Positions 51,201-63,017 of a stretch of 64,000 bases of DNA are shown here, piece after piece. Position numbers and translations under genes: made by a program. The DNA comes from Phoronis australis (taxonomy: Eukaryota > Animalia > Phoronida). Below the pieces are notes generated by a model. The model was not told the origin of the DNA. It did no database searches and worked only from the letters and a program-made list of their open reading frames with translations. Position 1 is the first letter of the stretch. Each line of letters opens with the position of its first letter. The stretch covers positions 62,001-126,000 of the forward strand of contig NMRA01000449.1 of assembly GCA_002633005.1 (NCBI GenBank), in the 5' to 3' direction.

Positions 51201-54200
51201 TTAAAGACAGTAGGAGACCATCTGAAGAAGACAGTTGAGCACAGTTTGATCAAGTGTTTAAAGTAAGTTCGGATTTCCTTCATTACTCAGATGAGAAGTG
51301 ATTTCTGAGTTTGCAAATGTCTGAGAGCTCGGCCCATAAAACGTCATGTCGTGACAAGCTGACAGGTAGAACATAATCTCAAGCAATACTGAGCTGCCAG
51401 TTGTTTCAATGGCCTGAAACCGTCAAATTGAATGAAGAACAATCTGAAACCAATTCCATAAATGTTAGTGGTCTAAATCAAAAGTTGTACTTTGTTATGC
51501 TAGAGGGATTCATAGCCGTTTTAAAGTCACAAGTTACATAAAACATTCCCGAAAATGGGCGTGAAGTTTCAAAATGAACAAACAAAAACACACAGTGGCA
51601 AATTCAGCGTGCAAAGCAGGGTGACGACATGTGTTTACAATCAATTGCTAGCACTTAATACCGGCACTCGACATCTCGGTATTCATATTGATACGACTGC
51701 GAAAGAGATTACTTCTGAAGCGCAGAAAGGAGAGGAGTTCATAGAATATACACAAGAAGAGTTAGTAAAAATTGCACGTTGCAACTGACGAAAATCTGAT
51801 CGCAGAGAATGCACTGCCTGTAGTACATTTAACTAAAGAAATCTTCGGAAACCTTGAGATATCCGTGGGCTTCTACATGAGATTACACTGATTGTGGGTA
51901 CAAGATTTTGCGCACGAGAATGTTCATGTCACGGCATTGTGTAATCAAAACGTCATAACTCACCGATTTAATGTCAAATTTGAGGACTTCCTTCATATAA
52001 GTAGGCAAGCTCGTTAGTAGCGTATAGTTACCCCAGTTGCCGCAGAAGTGTGCGATCATTATGCCATACACAGGAAGACTGGTCAAAATTGCCTTCCATG
52101 GCACTGGCTGTAGGTAAAAACCATTCGGTAGTTAAAACAACATCATCAGCCAATTTTGCAGTCTGCACCCTCTCGAACTTAAGATGAAAGAGTTTACTTT
52201 TGACTGAGCAATGAACATTAACAACTCCGAAAGATTTAAAACACACTTCTGTATCTGAGACCGTAGACATATCTGTCTTGAATTACACATTAATCCAAAA
52301 TAAAACGTTCGCCAACATACATCGAAACATCAATTTTATAAGGAGTTATTTCAGACGGGCACAAAGCATCCATGAAATTTGCTATTTTGGTTCGAATGGT
52401 GTAGACTTTCCGAAATCTATTACACTTGCCCCAAAGTTCATAGAAACACCAATTTGTTGCCAGATTTATTTATAATTGGCAAAAAATAATATAATTATGA
52501 ATCAAAAATTTATTCGATTTAGGAAGAGCCTTGAATATGTTAATCGCAAAATAATGAGCCACTGACATGCTGGAATATTTCATTCGCGATAACTCATTGT
52601 AAAATCTATGCGTCTTTCGACGTTTCTGTATGTTGAGCTGCAAGACATTTTTAAATGCAAATTTTAATTAGGAATCTTTCGGCGATTTCAGAAATCATGC
52701 GTTCAAAAGCCGCCGGAGCGCGGGTATCCGGATGAGGCAATATATGTTGGGTTAACCCGCTGGGGTGTGGAGCCCTCCGTGAAGAAAATTTTAGAATTCT
52801 GGTACATTTCATTGGCACCTGGCTCAGTATTAGAGTTAAGCTTATTTTTTTTAAAAAAAAGTGAACTATTTACTTACGAGGTAATCTTGGAAACTCAAAT
52901 TATTATGACACTTGGTTTACTGGTTACTTGTATGCTCACTTCAAAAATAGAGGTTTTCAAGTTAGCCAAACTTTCACTTTCTTAGACAATAGGACTGCAT
53001 GATTTGGTGCTGTGATACCTAGACGTAATATGGTTTGTGTTCTTTTGGAAAATTTGACAATTCCATCACTTTTCTAGAGAAACTATTTGACACTATTTCT
53101 CTTTTCAGTCTATTTATCTCTCCTCCATATATTTAGCTGCCTATGAAGCTCTTGTACTTGTCTTTGTCGTGTTTATTGTGAATACTGACCTGTCCGATTT
53201 TTTGTTTTGATCGCATTTTCGATAATTTTTACACGAATCTGCCAGTCTGTTTGTGATTATATTGGACAATTTTGAAGTTTCCTAAATGTTTAATGTGAGT
53301 AGTTGACACAAATGCTCTTTTCAGTACAATTTTCCCATCTTCTGATATTTTCGCTGCATATGCAGCTCTTGCGTTTGCCTTTTCCTTTTATCAGTAAATA
53401 CTGAGTCGCTCGTTGTTTCACGTTTCAATCACAATTTCGGAAATTTCTGCCTGAATCTGGCTGGGTAACTGCTCTAACTCACGAACAGTCTAATACGGCC
53501 GTGGCTTAGCCTAGGGCGCTCTAATAGACATCGCAATAGAGCAGACTGCAATCTACCACAAAATTGTGCATGGCAAGGTTTTGAAGTCAAGCAGGATAAA
53601 TTAAGTGGAAGTGCTATAAGTCAATTATTGTAGAATTGTACATATAAAGTGACGAATTCAAGTACAGTAGAGAACCCCTGTCCTCGGTAATCTATTAACT
53701 GATAAGAAGTCTACGAATATAAAATCACGGTGTCCAATATTCACCAGAGAACATGACAAAATTAAAAGTTCTCGAGAATATTCAAGGTGCAACAAACCCG
53801 CCTTCCGACAAAAAGATCTTTGGTGTAGACCACTTTCAGTGATTGAATTCATATCAACCGATTCCTTATTCAGATGAGTAATGGTGTTTGGACAGTTCGT
53901 CATTGGTCGAGACCAAGCTAAACAATTTGCACAGAGCATGATCTCCGTCGTTTTTTTCTAAGACCAAAATGACTTCTCGTCTGATTAAAGAACAAAATGA
54001 AACCAGTTTTGCAGAGGTACTGTAAATAGTGTAAATCAAAAGTTTGTTTCTTTGATGGAACGCGGGTATGTAAATACAACAGTAATGAAATAATCGTTGG
54101 TCAATTTGTTAAATTTTTACCTGCTTTCTAACTTTGTCTGCGATACTCTCCTCTATGAAGTCCTTTTCCTCTTCGGTTATCCGTGGATGCTCGGCAGGAC

Positions 54201-57200
54201 TGTCGTAAACTAAGAACCACCAAACGACGAGAAATAAAAAATTGCAGATGGCTGAAACACAAAAATGAATCTCCTACTTAAGTTAACATATAGGATTTTT
54301 TTAAAACGCTTCCAGCAGTGGTACTGATTAGCAAAATTTAAAATTTATCCATTTCAGCAATAAGGAAACATGTCAGTATATGAATAGCTAGAGTTTGTCG
54401 TATTGTTGATTTTCAAAGTCCACAACTTGTCACACATACACTCGCTTCGATATACTTTATTCCATGTGATTCCAGCTCAAAATCGTTTGGTTACCAACCG
54501 TTTATGTTCCTGATCATCAGCAATGCACTGTTTCTCGAATTGTTTTCTCTTAATCATGTAACATCACCAGTAGATATATTTTCGACCAATTGGAGCTTTG
54601 TGAATAATCTGCCTAATTGATTACTGTTACCCAGTAATCTTCACATGGGCCTTATATAAGAAAGTTGTCAACATGTACCTGACACATAAAATATTGACGG
54701 CCACCCTCCTGCAAATCCGTTAACACAAAGAATGCCAGATGCGGACAAAGTAACCACGTTGCCCACCATAGTCCCAGCGTAGCAGAACGCTATCAGTTTG
54801 GTTCGTTCGAACTTCGGTGCCCATTTCCCCCAAAGGGAGTTCATTGCCGGAAATGAAACTGCCTGAAAATAAAATCAGATGCAAGTTGGTTCAAAAAAGC
54901 CCCATTTCATGTGAAATTCATGCATGTAAGCAAACGAACAAAGTAGAAGTAGCAGAGTTTGCAGTATTATTAATATTTGCAGCAGCAGCGGCAGCTGTAA
55001 TAGCAGTAGTTATTGCGATAATGGTACTAATACGCTATTGCTACTGCTGCTGCATGCGCGCACCCAGCCTAAAATGGGGGGGCTCGAATTTATTTTTGAG
55101 AATGTGGGCCTTTTTACTAAGATTCAGGGGGTACTTTCAGAGCTATGAATTATGCATTCGCCGAATTTTGGTAGTTCCTGCCTTTTTGGTGGACTTTTGT
55201 CTCGTTTTCCACCTTTTTCGGAGTTTTTGTTTCTCTGAGGCGGACCTTTTTTGCCCACTTCGCCAAATGAAGAGGCTCGTTCAAGCCCCCTTGGGTGTAT
55301 GCATGTAGTTGTGGTGGTAGTGGTAAAAGTAGTACTAATAGTGGTAGTAGTAAAAGTGCCGGTTGTAGGAATTGTGTGAATAATGTCAGTTTGGCGGCGG
55401 CGGCAAAGACCAAGTTCATGACTCATGCACAGGCAACGATCGCCTGCTTTTTCGTTTGATATGAGGTGAGCATGCGTAGGACATTGGACCCCTGAAGAAT
55501 TGGTTCTCACCAAGGACAGGATGAACTCAATCTTCCGTTCGACTAAAAAAGGACGCAAGTTGTTCGTGGGGGTTCCGGCGGATATTTGTTCACTTCGCCG
55601 CTTCTTGAATTCGGATATCCCATTTTGTAATGTTCAATTGTTTCCAACTATGCCTCGTTCGTTGGGGCCAGGACTTTTGCATACGAAGTTTCCTGGTTTT
55701 TGTTACCTCGTTTCTCATTTGGTGACTTGGGAATTTTGCCAGGTCAGACTTGACGAGTTGGTGCTACGCTAAGAACTTGTTTTACTGTTGATGTTGTCTA
55801 TACTCTCGTTCCATGCTGAAGGCAGTTTGTATCTGGCGCCACCTAGATTGTTAAGTGAAGGTTTTAAGGCTCGAATACAAATAGCCTCTTGCACTCCACT
55901 CTCAAAGTATTACAAGATATCAAAGTTTTCTTTGCCAAACTCGTATTCCCGATTGTCCTGAGTCATGCAAGTGACTAATGCCAAAACGACCATATATTTT
56001 TTGTAAGTTTTCAGATACACCTCTCACCTGCGACTCTATCACAGTGCTACAAAAGATAGTATTTTTGGAATACTGTTTATCATGGCTTCTCATTGGTTAA
56101 AATAATAAAACTGACGTCATAACATTTAGTCATTCCTATTTGTTGAAATCTGGGAAACCCCTTTCAGTTTACTGTTACGTAGTATGGCGACCACCTTTGA
56201 CTTGAATAGTTGCAACTTAGTAAAACTACCAGTGATCGAAGTAAACAAAATCAAGGGATCCCCGATCCCGTGGCTAAGCCCAAACAAGTACAGTACAACT
56301 GAAGGCGATTGCAAGTGGTGGCGATGTGATCGATAAACTTCTGACCAAGCATGCGCATTGATGCCCAAACACGGAATTCCATGTGTCGTTCATCATGTTT
56401 CCACAGGACCACTTTTCAGTACCGAATTGTGTCAGAGGGTCCTGGTCAAGAAACGAGAGTACCAAGATGGAAAAGCTGGTGGGGAAAGTATTTCAGCTGC
56501 TGTGTACAATAACTTGCATGACCCGAGATATGTGTTGAAATCTTATGCAGAGAGGAGTTGAAGAGGTTATTTACCTTCGGGCATTAAAATCTTCCCTTTA
56601 CAAGCTGTGACGCCAGATTCAAACTGTCCTCGACATAGAACGAGAATATAGACAAGTTCGCATGTGATCAGACGTCCCGACATAAATATTCTACATCATT
56701 CTATCGAAGGAGACAGAGACTTCCCAGGTACTGGGAGCATATGCAAATATGAAGTCCAGCACATGTCAGATTATCGAAATATCATGAAATTCTTGGATTG
56801 CTCAAGACCTACATTTTTTCAGTACCAGTAGTGTTAATAGTAACAGAAGTAGTGGGAGTTATTGGGGCAGTAGCAGCAGCGGCGGCGGCGGCAGCAGCAG
56901 CAGCACCACCAGCAGTAGCAGTTAGTAGTTATTGTTATTCTCATGGTGGTAACGTAACTAGTTACAGTAATGAAAACAGATGGTTTAGTACTATGAACTG
57001 TAGTGGCTGTAAAGCAATGATAAAAATCACACCGTTGCCATCCCCAGTATCACCCTCAACGCCATCAATAAATACGGTCCAACAGTGTCTGGTTCATAGC
57101 TGGCAACCAGTGGTGTAAATACGGTACATAGGAACGACAATGTCATGCCGACCATCATGACAATTTTCCCGCCAAATCTTTCAGCTAGCCAACCGCCAGG

Positions 57201-59909
57201 CACTTGGGTAAGAATGTAACCATAGAAGAAAGATGATAATATGTAGCCTTGTACAGATTTATCCCACTGGAACGTTCCGGGCTGAAATGAAGAAAAGTCT
57301 AGTCTTATCTAGTTTTATATAAATAACACGTGTATATGCCTTTTCCATAACAAAGTAAACCATTGAAGCATCTATTTGCTTCAGCAGGTTTTCAAAAACG
57401 TCCCCAAAGTTGTTGGTATGTTTGCCTTCATGTTTCAGCAAAGTTGTAAAAAGAACGGTTACAAATGTTACGTTCTGCACAGTGACTCCACTGCCTTCAA
57501 TGAAAGCTCCGGACATAACCCTGAGCTACAAATTTATATGGATAGCCTTAATTACGCTAACATGGATTTCAAATGGTGCCCCCTAAAAGTTGGGCCACTA
57601 GTAGTATTAAACAGAGCCATTCAGTTTCACGATTGCCACCAGGAATTCCCAGTATGTTAAACTTTGTCGCAACACATAAACAATAAATTTATGTTCACTG
57701 TACATCAGTGGCAACAAGAAAGGGGTGCGCTCGGTGAAGCGCGACGAGATCCGGCAAAATCACATTAGTCTATCCCAAGATCTCGCGACACTACACGGTC
57801 TAACACTAGGTGAATGGCGACTACTCAAAATTACTGGACGGCTGTGCCGGAATGGCAGAAAACGACTCGAAAACACAAAATACGCACTAAATCTGCAGTA
57901 TACCCGCGATTTGTCTTCCCATGTGTCTCAAATGTACCCTTGGCCGGGGTGCGCTCATTAACTCAAGAATCTTGCGAGACACTTGGGGCAAGAAATCTTA
58001 GCTTATTACATATGTGTGGAACGAAAGTGACGCCGTTCTTCCCCATAATTCAATATTCCAAGCGCGCCAACCGATGCGTGCAAAATATGTCACTTTGCGG
58101 GGCTACGAGACTCGCTTTTGTCTCTCACATAACTTAACATGGTGTTGCACGGTCGCGCCTGAAAATCCCGAGAAACTTGCGCTACGAGCGCACTGTTGGT
58201 TGTTCGTAGAGATCGGCCGTGAAGTCGACACTTTCGGAAAACGTTTTACATTAGATTGTATACACGCGTATTACTTGATCAATTCACATAAATGAAAATT
58301 TGAATTCATTTTAAAACGAAATCACGCGACCGTATAGACTGAACAGCACGTGGCGTATGTTTTTATAATATGACGCCCGTCATCTGATTTTGAATTCGAA
58401 TCCTGCAGTCGCTATTTCTAAAACTGGCATGCGACGATCAATATCACATGAATCGTTGCAAAACTCAGTGTACCTGCATTGGATTCCTCATACCTTGTAT
58501 TGCCTGTTTGAAATGTTTGCCTGAGCACAGTCGTCGGAGTTGTTGAGACTAACGTCAATACCTTTCGAAGCGTTCTGTGGCGCCACCATGCAGATCATAG
58601 CCACACTGAGGTTTATTCTGACCATGTATACCACCACGAAACAATACAGCCCAATGATCCCCAGTAGGTAACGACATGACGTCCACGTGGGTACTAAAAA
58701 CGGAATTCGCGTGACATGTAACTAAAGTATGGTATAAAATTCACCTCCTTTATGAAATGCAATTAAAATCATTAGCCTTGGAGAATATGCTGCACTTCTT
58801 CGCCGGGTGAGTAGATCAGACAATGATAATTGCATACAAAACGTCTGTAAGTGACTGCCTTCGCCACACTGGGGATGTCTAAATGAAAGAACGAATGGCT
58901 TGGGGAAACAGGAGCCAAAATAGGGCCACAGGTGAGGAGAGAATGGAGTTTCCTGGTAGAGGTAGAGAAGTAAAAAAGGTTCGTCACTCTCTTTGAGTCT
59001 CTAGAATCTGGATAGATGAAGGGGTTACTTTCAAAGTGTTCAGATTCTTTTAAAAAATCAGTTTCCCTCGTAGTTAAGACATCTTCAAGTGAAATCGTTT
59101 CTGATAATCTCCGCACACGAAACTCCGTAAACATGGGGTAAACAGGTCCCTCTTCAAGATGGCTACCGGGCACAAGTTTCACTGAATGACAGACATTGCC
59201 GTTACCCATTGAAAACTGGTTCTCGGCAGCCATGTTGAAGAGTGACCCGTTTTCTCAACTTTCACCTGAAACTGCTTCTGGGTGAACTTTTATTTTTTCA
59301 GTTTCTGCTGTAGGCCCACCTTAGTCCAAACTAAAGATATGCGTTCAAATGGTCTATGCACGCGAGAGTAATGCGTTTCACGGGAAACTATTTTAGTAAA
59401 GACCCCAACATGAGAGCTAAAAGCCCGAGTCTATGCTCGAAATGTCTCCTTTGGACACAAGTTTGAAGCATAAATCTAGGGACTATTAAGAGCGAACTGA
59501 AACAAGAACCACATCTGACACGTATGCGTAAACCACGGTATGCTCAAACACAAAATCATGGACACTTACCGTAGCGGACAAGAAATTTTCGACATATTTA
59601 GAAATTCGAGTTTGAAGTTTAGATCCTAATGGCAACAAGTTAAAGGGTCCACATTACAGATAGACATCCATTAAACGTAAACAACGTTTGCAAATTTTGC
59701 TCGAAAAATTGTATCGACTGAATGCAGTTCAATTGTGCTGTCCAAAACAGCAACTTAACGTTACGCTGGAACCTGGACAGCGTACATTTTAGTGTTTTAA
59801 GTTTACATTGAATAAGACGTACGAGTTCACACAGCACCAATGAAGTAACACAGCAAAAGTATTATTTTTATATTGAAACAGTATACTAACCTGTATTGGT
59901 CTGTGACAT
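42001..59909 (-). CDS. SLC17: SLC17-family (sialin-like) MFS anion transporter, gene B; ~504-515 aa depending on N-terminal model
   Basis: Exons 59891-59909, within 59206-59307 (uncertain), 58494-58693, 57033-57281, 54679-54862, 54121-54251, 51964-52107, 47552-47684, 46698-46848, 44311-44401, 42001-42204. Same phases as gene A; exons 3-11 are open. Confidence 0.9.
42518..44014 (-). mobile_element. Complete non-autonomous Kolobok-like transposon in the last intron of gene B
   Basis: ttaa|AGGAGAAAGCCACC...GGTGGCATTCTCCT|ttaa; THAP domain inside; absent from the homologous intron of gene A. Confidence 0.8.
43561..43870 (-). pseudogene. THAP zinc-finger (C2CH) remnant of the transposase N-terminus
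   Basis: (V)[18 protein letters not shown]...QWL...RVCGRHF with a 1-nt frameshift in a T7 run at 43798-43804. Confidence 0.8.
44311..44401 (-). CDS. SLC17: SLC17 gene B exon 10
   Basis: [17 protein letters not shown]; 91 bp as in A. Confidence 0.93.
46698..46848 (-). CDS. SLC17: SLC17 gene B exon 9
   Basis: [16 protein letters not shown]; 151 bp. Confidence 0.93.
47552..47684 (-). CDS. SLC17: SLC17 gene B exon 8
   Basis: [17 protein letters not shown]; 133 bp. Confidence 0.93.
49400..49930. mobile_element. Second copy of the TIR family at 2413-3722
   Basis: Shared TTTCA(C/T)GAAACGGGGCTAAGACAT..GTTAAGACAGAAA end and internal similarity. Confidence 0.6.
50170..51250 (+). mobile_element. RLE-type non-LTR retrotransposon remnant (Hero-like)
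   Basis: [34 protein letters not shown] resembles the restriction-like endonuclease C-terminus; heavily decayed. Confidence 0.7.
51964..52107 (-). CDS. SLC17: SLC17 gene B exon 7
   Basis: [22 protein letters not shown]; 144 bp. Confidence 0.93.
54121..54251 (-). CDS. SLC17: SLC17 gene B exon 6
   Basis: [15 protein letters not shown]; 131 bp. Confidence 0.93.
54679..54862 (-). CDS. SLC17: SLC17 gene B exon 5
   Basis: [20 protein letters not shown]; 184 bp. Confidence 0.93.
55053..55305. mobile_element. MITE, same family as 23340-23580
   Basis: CATGCGCGCACCCA...TGGGTGTATGCATG. Confidence 0.78.
55760..55960 (-). mobile_element. Penelope-like GIY-YIG C-terminal remnant
   Basis: [29 protein letters not shown]. 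Confidence 0.65.
57033..57281 (-). CDS. SLC17: SLC17 gene B exon 4
   Basis: [28 protein letters not shown]; 249 bp. Confidence 0.93.
58494..58693 (-). CDS. SLC17: SLC17 gene B exon 3
   Basis: [22 protein letters not shown]; one codon shorter than in A. Confidence 0.93.
59206..59304 (-). CDS. SLC17: SLC17 gene B exon 2 homologue (contains in-frame TGA at 59255-59257)
   Basis: 99 bp between cag| and |gtaacg, phase 1-1 as in A; internal ATG at 59233. Confidence 0.5.
59891..59909 (-). CDS. SLC17: SLC17 gene B exon 1 (MSQTNT)
   Basis: 19-nt ATG exon homologous to gene A exon 1. Confidence 0.55.
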
Positions 59910-60879
59910 GTCTGTGATACAACAGGTGAGATAATCACCTCCTGAAACGAACGAACAAGGTCCTGATCTAGAATGCTTTTATCTCTAGGTCAAAATTGTC
60001 AGTAAATAGAAGTTGCGAACGTAATTACACGTACGTGATATCGCCTTAAAATGTCTGTTGAATTCCTTTCCCTTCGCAGTGGCACTGTCACGAACCTACA
60101 ATGCCAAAATATCCGTCGAACACTTTTTAGCCTCACGGTCGGTGTTCGTGGCATTGGAGTTCTACATGTCCTTTGTTGTTGGCGTCAGTATTTCTTAAAA
60201 GTTCTTCTCGGCTGCATGACTATATTAGTCCTCCCAATGAAGTATTACTGCTGTGCTCTGAGCTGCTACTCCAATGGGAAAACGTCGGATAAACGGCTTA
60301 AGGTAGGTGGACACACACAAAAAATAATTTTGACTGTTTTTTTACATTTTTATGTCACCCTCATCTTTGATTCTTGACGCACAGTATACTGAAGAAAAAT
60401 AATATCATTCTGAAAATCCAAAGTTGTTTTTTTAACTGTATTTGACCAAGCTTCAGTAAGTCATATGGCTTGAGTGCTCACCAGCTCAGTGACTGACAAC
60501 TGGGGCGGAGCTTATACAAGGACACTGGCTCTAATCTAACCTTGTCAACAAACATTGCGTAACCGGGCAATCGAGAGTGTTGTAGGCTACCAGCTGATAG
60601 ATGTTGTAGCAAGAATAAAATAATTCTATTTTTGACCATACTAAAGTTGGTGGTGAAATGGTGAACTAGCTCCTGTTCCGAGCCTGAGCCTGTTAGTCCA
60701 TCTGCAAAAAAATATGTTGAGTACGCCAAGTCCTACCGAAGCGATCACTGCAGTCAGCTTGAGGAGTCGGTGCAGAGATTGTGCGTGTACAAGAGAAGTC
60801 GGAAAGGTGAGGTGCCTTGCAAGAGGAAGCTGAACGTCGACGTGGGTGGTGTTGCCCGATTCGGAGAGAGTGCATGCAC

Positions 60880-61130
60880 GCGCTGTGAAGACACGCCGCG
60901 CGCGTGAGACATGGACAACTACATGCCGTAGGAGTTGAGTTTTAACCTGATTCCTGGGCCTCACAAGATGACGTCACGGATAACTTGTGAAGGCCCAGGT
61001 ACAGGGCACTAGAACTATGGTTTTCATTGACTGTCAGCTGGCAATGTTTAACCAGGAAGTTGACGTGCGCATGCTTATATCCGGTAATACGTTATCAGGT
61101 CGCTAGTTGTCGCGAGAGTAGAAGTTATTT
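60880..61130. promoter_or_regulatory. CpG-rich promoter-like segment
   Basis: CRE palindrome TGACGTCA at 60969-60976, ETS-like CAGGAAGT at 61053, NRF1-like GCGCATGC at 61067; local CpG enrichment. Confidence 0.4.
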
Positions 61131-62966
61131 TTGGGTTGCGTTTGCGGTCGAACTCTCTGGGGAGATAGCTGATGTAAACAAACTGAGCTGAAATTCACGT
61201 AATTATCGATTCCTTATTATGAAAATAAACCTGAATTAACAATGGCTTCACTTTTTTCACTTGGCTTTTCCAGGTTCAGTATTTGAACGCTTTATATAAA
61301 TTGAAAACGTCTCTTNCCTGGCACCCACTTTCCACCACTTCGCAGCCTACACAGTCTTCACCTCCTAAAACAACACAATTTTCGACCCTCCAGGTAGCAA
61401 AAATTCTCAAGCTACACCCCTCACCTCGTTGACATACTAATTTTTTCTTCCCCATTTCCCTTTTTGAAGTGGGACCCCGCACAGCTTGAGGGTCCTAAGC
61501 CATTCAGATCACCTTGGGTATATTCGGGGCCTCAAACTTCTCATTGGAGGTGAATTTAACCTGCATGATTATCAAACTTAGTGGAGAATGATTGGCCATA
61601 AAGTTGGAGCATGCACTGAAAACATTAACTTCCAAGGGCATCCAGAACACCTCAGGTGTTTTCGTAACCTCAGATTCCACCTAATAGGTGAACGCTCTCT
61701 GCATGTGAGCGGACTTCAGTTAGCCTATTATTGTCGAGATTGAAAATCACGTGACTTACCATATTTTGGATAACATTCATCTCCGAGAGGATATTTGAGG
61801 CTACGAAAATACCTGAAGTGTTTCTAAGGAAAATTTGTACATGTAAATAGGAAAATAGCCGAGGTGCTCCAGATGTTCCGAGGGTAAATCTGTAGCTACG
61901 AAAATACCCGAGAGGTGTTCCAAAAGAGCCCTAACCTTTAGTTTTGTGCATATCTGGTACTAGAAGAATCATCACCCATTTAGACAGTGGCTAAAAAAAA
62001 TTATGTTTGTGGTCCGAGGTTTGGACTTAAAAAAATTGTAGCCTAATGTTTCAAATGCACAATCTTTTTATAAGAGCTAATGCTAACAACTGAATCCTTT
62101 CGTAGTAATTCTTGGACAGCTGTCTTTTTCACCCATTAAGCTTGAAGAAGTCGGCTCAGAGATTCCTGTCGTCAAAAATGAGTATGGTGTCCAAGGTTTT
62201 AAAAATACAGGTATCGTACTAAAACCCCTTTTGCAGTAGGAAAAAGGTACCATTTGCAGTGTTTTTAACTTTCAGAGTGAAACCCGTTGTAATCAAGGGA
62301 AAAAGTTTGCTTTGGTAGGGATTTTTTCAAGCACCATTTTGAAGAGAAATTGTTTGAGAAAATCACCCAGTTGAGTGTCGTTTCTTGTATAAACTTGTGG
62401 GAGTACCCCCTTGGAATGGTTTTAGGAGAGTACTCTGAAAGCCCAAGGATGGTGGAATGAACCCTATCCCTAGTATATCAAACAATGTGTGTTGAACATC
62501 TTGGGAAGTACAAGCACGATTGTTATTTCGGAATGCGCTTATCCAATAGTGTCTTCTAGCTTCCAGATTTCCTTCAAATTAAATCCCTTAAAGTTGCTAT
62601 AAATGCGTCTTATGTGAAAAAGAATAAATTTTGATCTGAACGACTTACCACTATATACAGGAATTGGAATGACTATAAGAGGAAAATTTTCCAGGTGATC
62701 TATCATTTCACAAATAGGCTTGTGTGATAGAAATATTTTTGTGTTGTAAAATTAAACTGAAATAAATGTTTTTGCATGAATCAAGTTAGCCAAAAAAATG
62801 ATGATAAAAAAGAAGCTGGAAATCGAATAAGAGGAAATAAAAACAAAAAAGGAAAATTCCAAGCCCTGTATATATCCCTGTCTCAACTTGTTCCTTAGTG
62901 GACTTGGAAGAATTCAAACTTTGTTATTGCTCAAAGCCATAGTTATTGCACCAGGTTTTCAGCAAT

Positions 62967-63017
62967 NNNNNNNNNNNNNNNNNNNNNNNNNNNNNNNNNN
63001 NNNNNNNNNNNNNNNNN
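62967..63017. other. Assembly gap
   Basis: Run of N. Confidence 0.98.

Noticed and set aside
51155-51240. Hammerhead ribozyme around CTGATGA/CTGAAGA
   Set aside because: No properly placed stem II-GAAA-stem III; CTGATGA is the loop of a simple hairpin.
54817-57118. Poly-Ala/Thr ORFs
   Set aside because: Translations of intronic trinucleotide repeats and antisense exons.
58772-59233. 153-aa ORF as an independent gene
   Set aside because: It is read-through of gene B exon 2 into intron 2; no recognisable domain.
59255-59257. Selenocysteine recoding of the TGA
   Set aside because: It aligns to Ile in a variable N-terminal tail, not Cys; no SECIS recognised.
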